Assembly (NCBI RefSeq): GCF_006345805.1
Contig: NC_043009.1
Location: 8,990,001 to 9,054,000, forward strand
Reading direction: 5' to 3'
From: Octopus sinensis
Lineage: Eukaryota
Length of the DNA stretch: 64,000 nucleotides
Shown here: positions 62,674 through 64,000 of the stretch, piece by piece
Layout: each line of letters opens with the position of its first letter
How positions within the stretch are numbered: position 1 is the first letter of the stretch
Translations under genes and position numbers: made by a program
The notes under the pieces: generated by a model
Told to the model about the DNA's origin: nothing
Seen by the model: the letters and a program-made list of their open reading frames with translations, nothing else
Database searches by the model: none

Positions 62674-63255
62674 CCCACCACCATTATAGGTGTCTACTCT
62701 TTGAACCCCCTCTTCAATACGCTATTTCACCATGCATTACCCCTCTCTCGATATCCTACGTTCTACTTGCCTAGAACCTGTCCTCTGGACCACCCCTCCC
62801 ACTGGTGCTCACCCCTCCCACTGGTGCTCCCCTATATTTCTGCATCCCCCACCACCATTATGGGTGTCTACTCTTTGAACCCCCCCCCTCTCAATACGCT
62901 ATTTCACCATGCATTACCCCTCTCTCGATATCCTACGTTCTACTTGCCTAGAACCTGTCCTCTGAACCACCCCTCCCACTGGTGCCCACCCCTCCCACTG
63001 GTGCTCCCCTATATTTCTGCACCCCACCACCATTATAGGTGTCTACTCTTTGAACCCCCCTCTTCAATACGCTGCTCCCCTATATTTCTGCACCCCCCAC
63101 CACCATTATAGGTGTCTACTCTTTGAACCCCCCTCTTCAATACGCTATTTCACATGCATTACCCCTCTCTCGATATCCTACGTTCTACTTGACTAGTACC
63201 TGTCCTCTGAACCACCCCTCCCACTGGTGCTCCCCTATATTTCTGCACCCCCCCC
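62674..63255. repeat. ~175-bp C-rich tandem repeat, about 3.3 copies
   Basis: Units start near 62674, 62848, 63022 (internally deleted) and 63095, with an internal 18-bp sub-repeat cacccctcccactggtgc. Confidence 0.9.
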
Positions 63256-63490
63256 ATAAAAAGCACCATCCGAACGTGGCCGATGCCAGACCCCTCTGGC
63301 ACCTGTGCAGGTGGCACGTAAAAAACACCCACTACACTCGCGGAGTGGTTGGCGTTAGGAAGGGCATCCAGCTGTAGAAACACTGCCAGACTAGACTGGA
63401 GCCTGGGGCAGTCCCGAGCTCCCCCGACCCCGGTCGAAAACCGTCCAACCGTGCTAGCGCGGAAAACGGACGTTAAACGATGATGATGAT
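63256..63490 (+). mobile_element. RTE-type 3' tail
   Basis: Tail consensus ending ttaaacgatgatgatgat. Confidence 0.85.
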
Positions 63491-63648
63491 ACATAGATAT
63501 ATATATATACATATATATTATAATATATATATATTATATATATATACATATATTATATAATATTATATATATATATATATATAGTTATATATATATAATA
63601 TATTATATATATATCTATATAATATATATACATATATATAATATATAC

Positions 63649-63699
<51 letters not shown>

Positions 63700-63906
63700 C
63701 AATATATATATATTATACATATATATATATAGACAGATATATATAATATAGAGTACCCGAATATATATATACAATCATATATATATATACATATAATATA
63801 CATATATACATATATATATATGCTTATATATACATCTATATATATATTACATATATACATATAATATAACACATATTACATAATCTATAATACATATATA
63901 TAATAT

Positions 63907-63937
<31 letters not shown>

Positions 63938-64000
63938 TATATCTATATAATATATATATACTATACATATATATAGATGTAATATATATATATACATATA
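63491..64000. repeat. Degenerate (TA)n microsatellite
   Basis: Directly visible. Confidence 0.95.

Overview
AT-rich eukaryotic genomic DNA, most likely from an octopus (inferred from the SINE, RTE and microsatellite landscape). No ORF in the supplied track is an intact gene; the meaningful ones are LINE relics. Four main things are present. (1) A spliced + strand gene that the ORF track misses: three phase-compatible exons (26230-26328, 30124-30236, 35582-35673) plus a possible ATG-bearing first exon at 8042-8046, encoding a peptide that aligns without gaps to the STIL N-terminal domain as I recall it. (2) Dense repeats: several tRNA-derived SINE families, RTE-type LINE fragments and their 3' tails ending in (ATG)n, non-autonomous Helitrons, TTAA MITEs, a TIR element with a 6-bp TSD, and a U6 snRNA retrocopy abutting a SINE. 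(3) Short elements in or beside (TA)n tracts carrying type I hammerhead ribozyme motifs of three kinds: canonical, a G3:C8 swapped core, and an A6U core. Some also form fold-back palindromes typical of Penelope-like elements. (4) A ~19.6-kb, highly homogeneous tandem array of a 382-bp unit (~51.6 copies, 43007-62597), followed by a second ~175-bp tandem repeat. Repeat boundaries were read by eye and are approximate unless a TSD or terminus is quoted. No database search or folding program was run.
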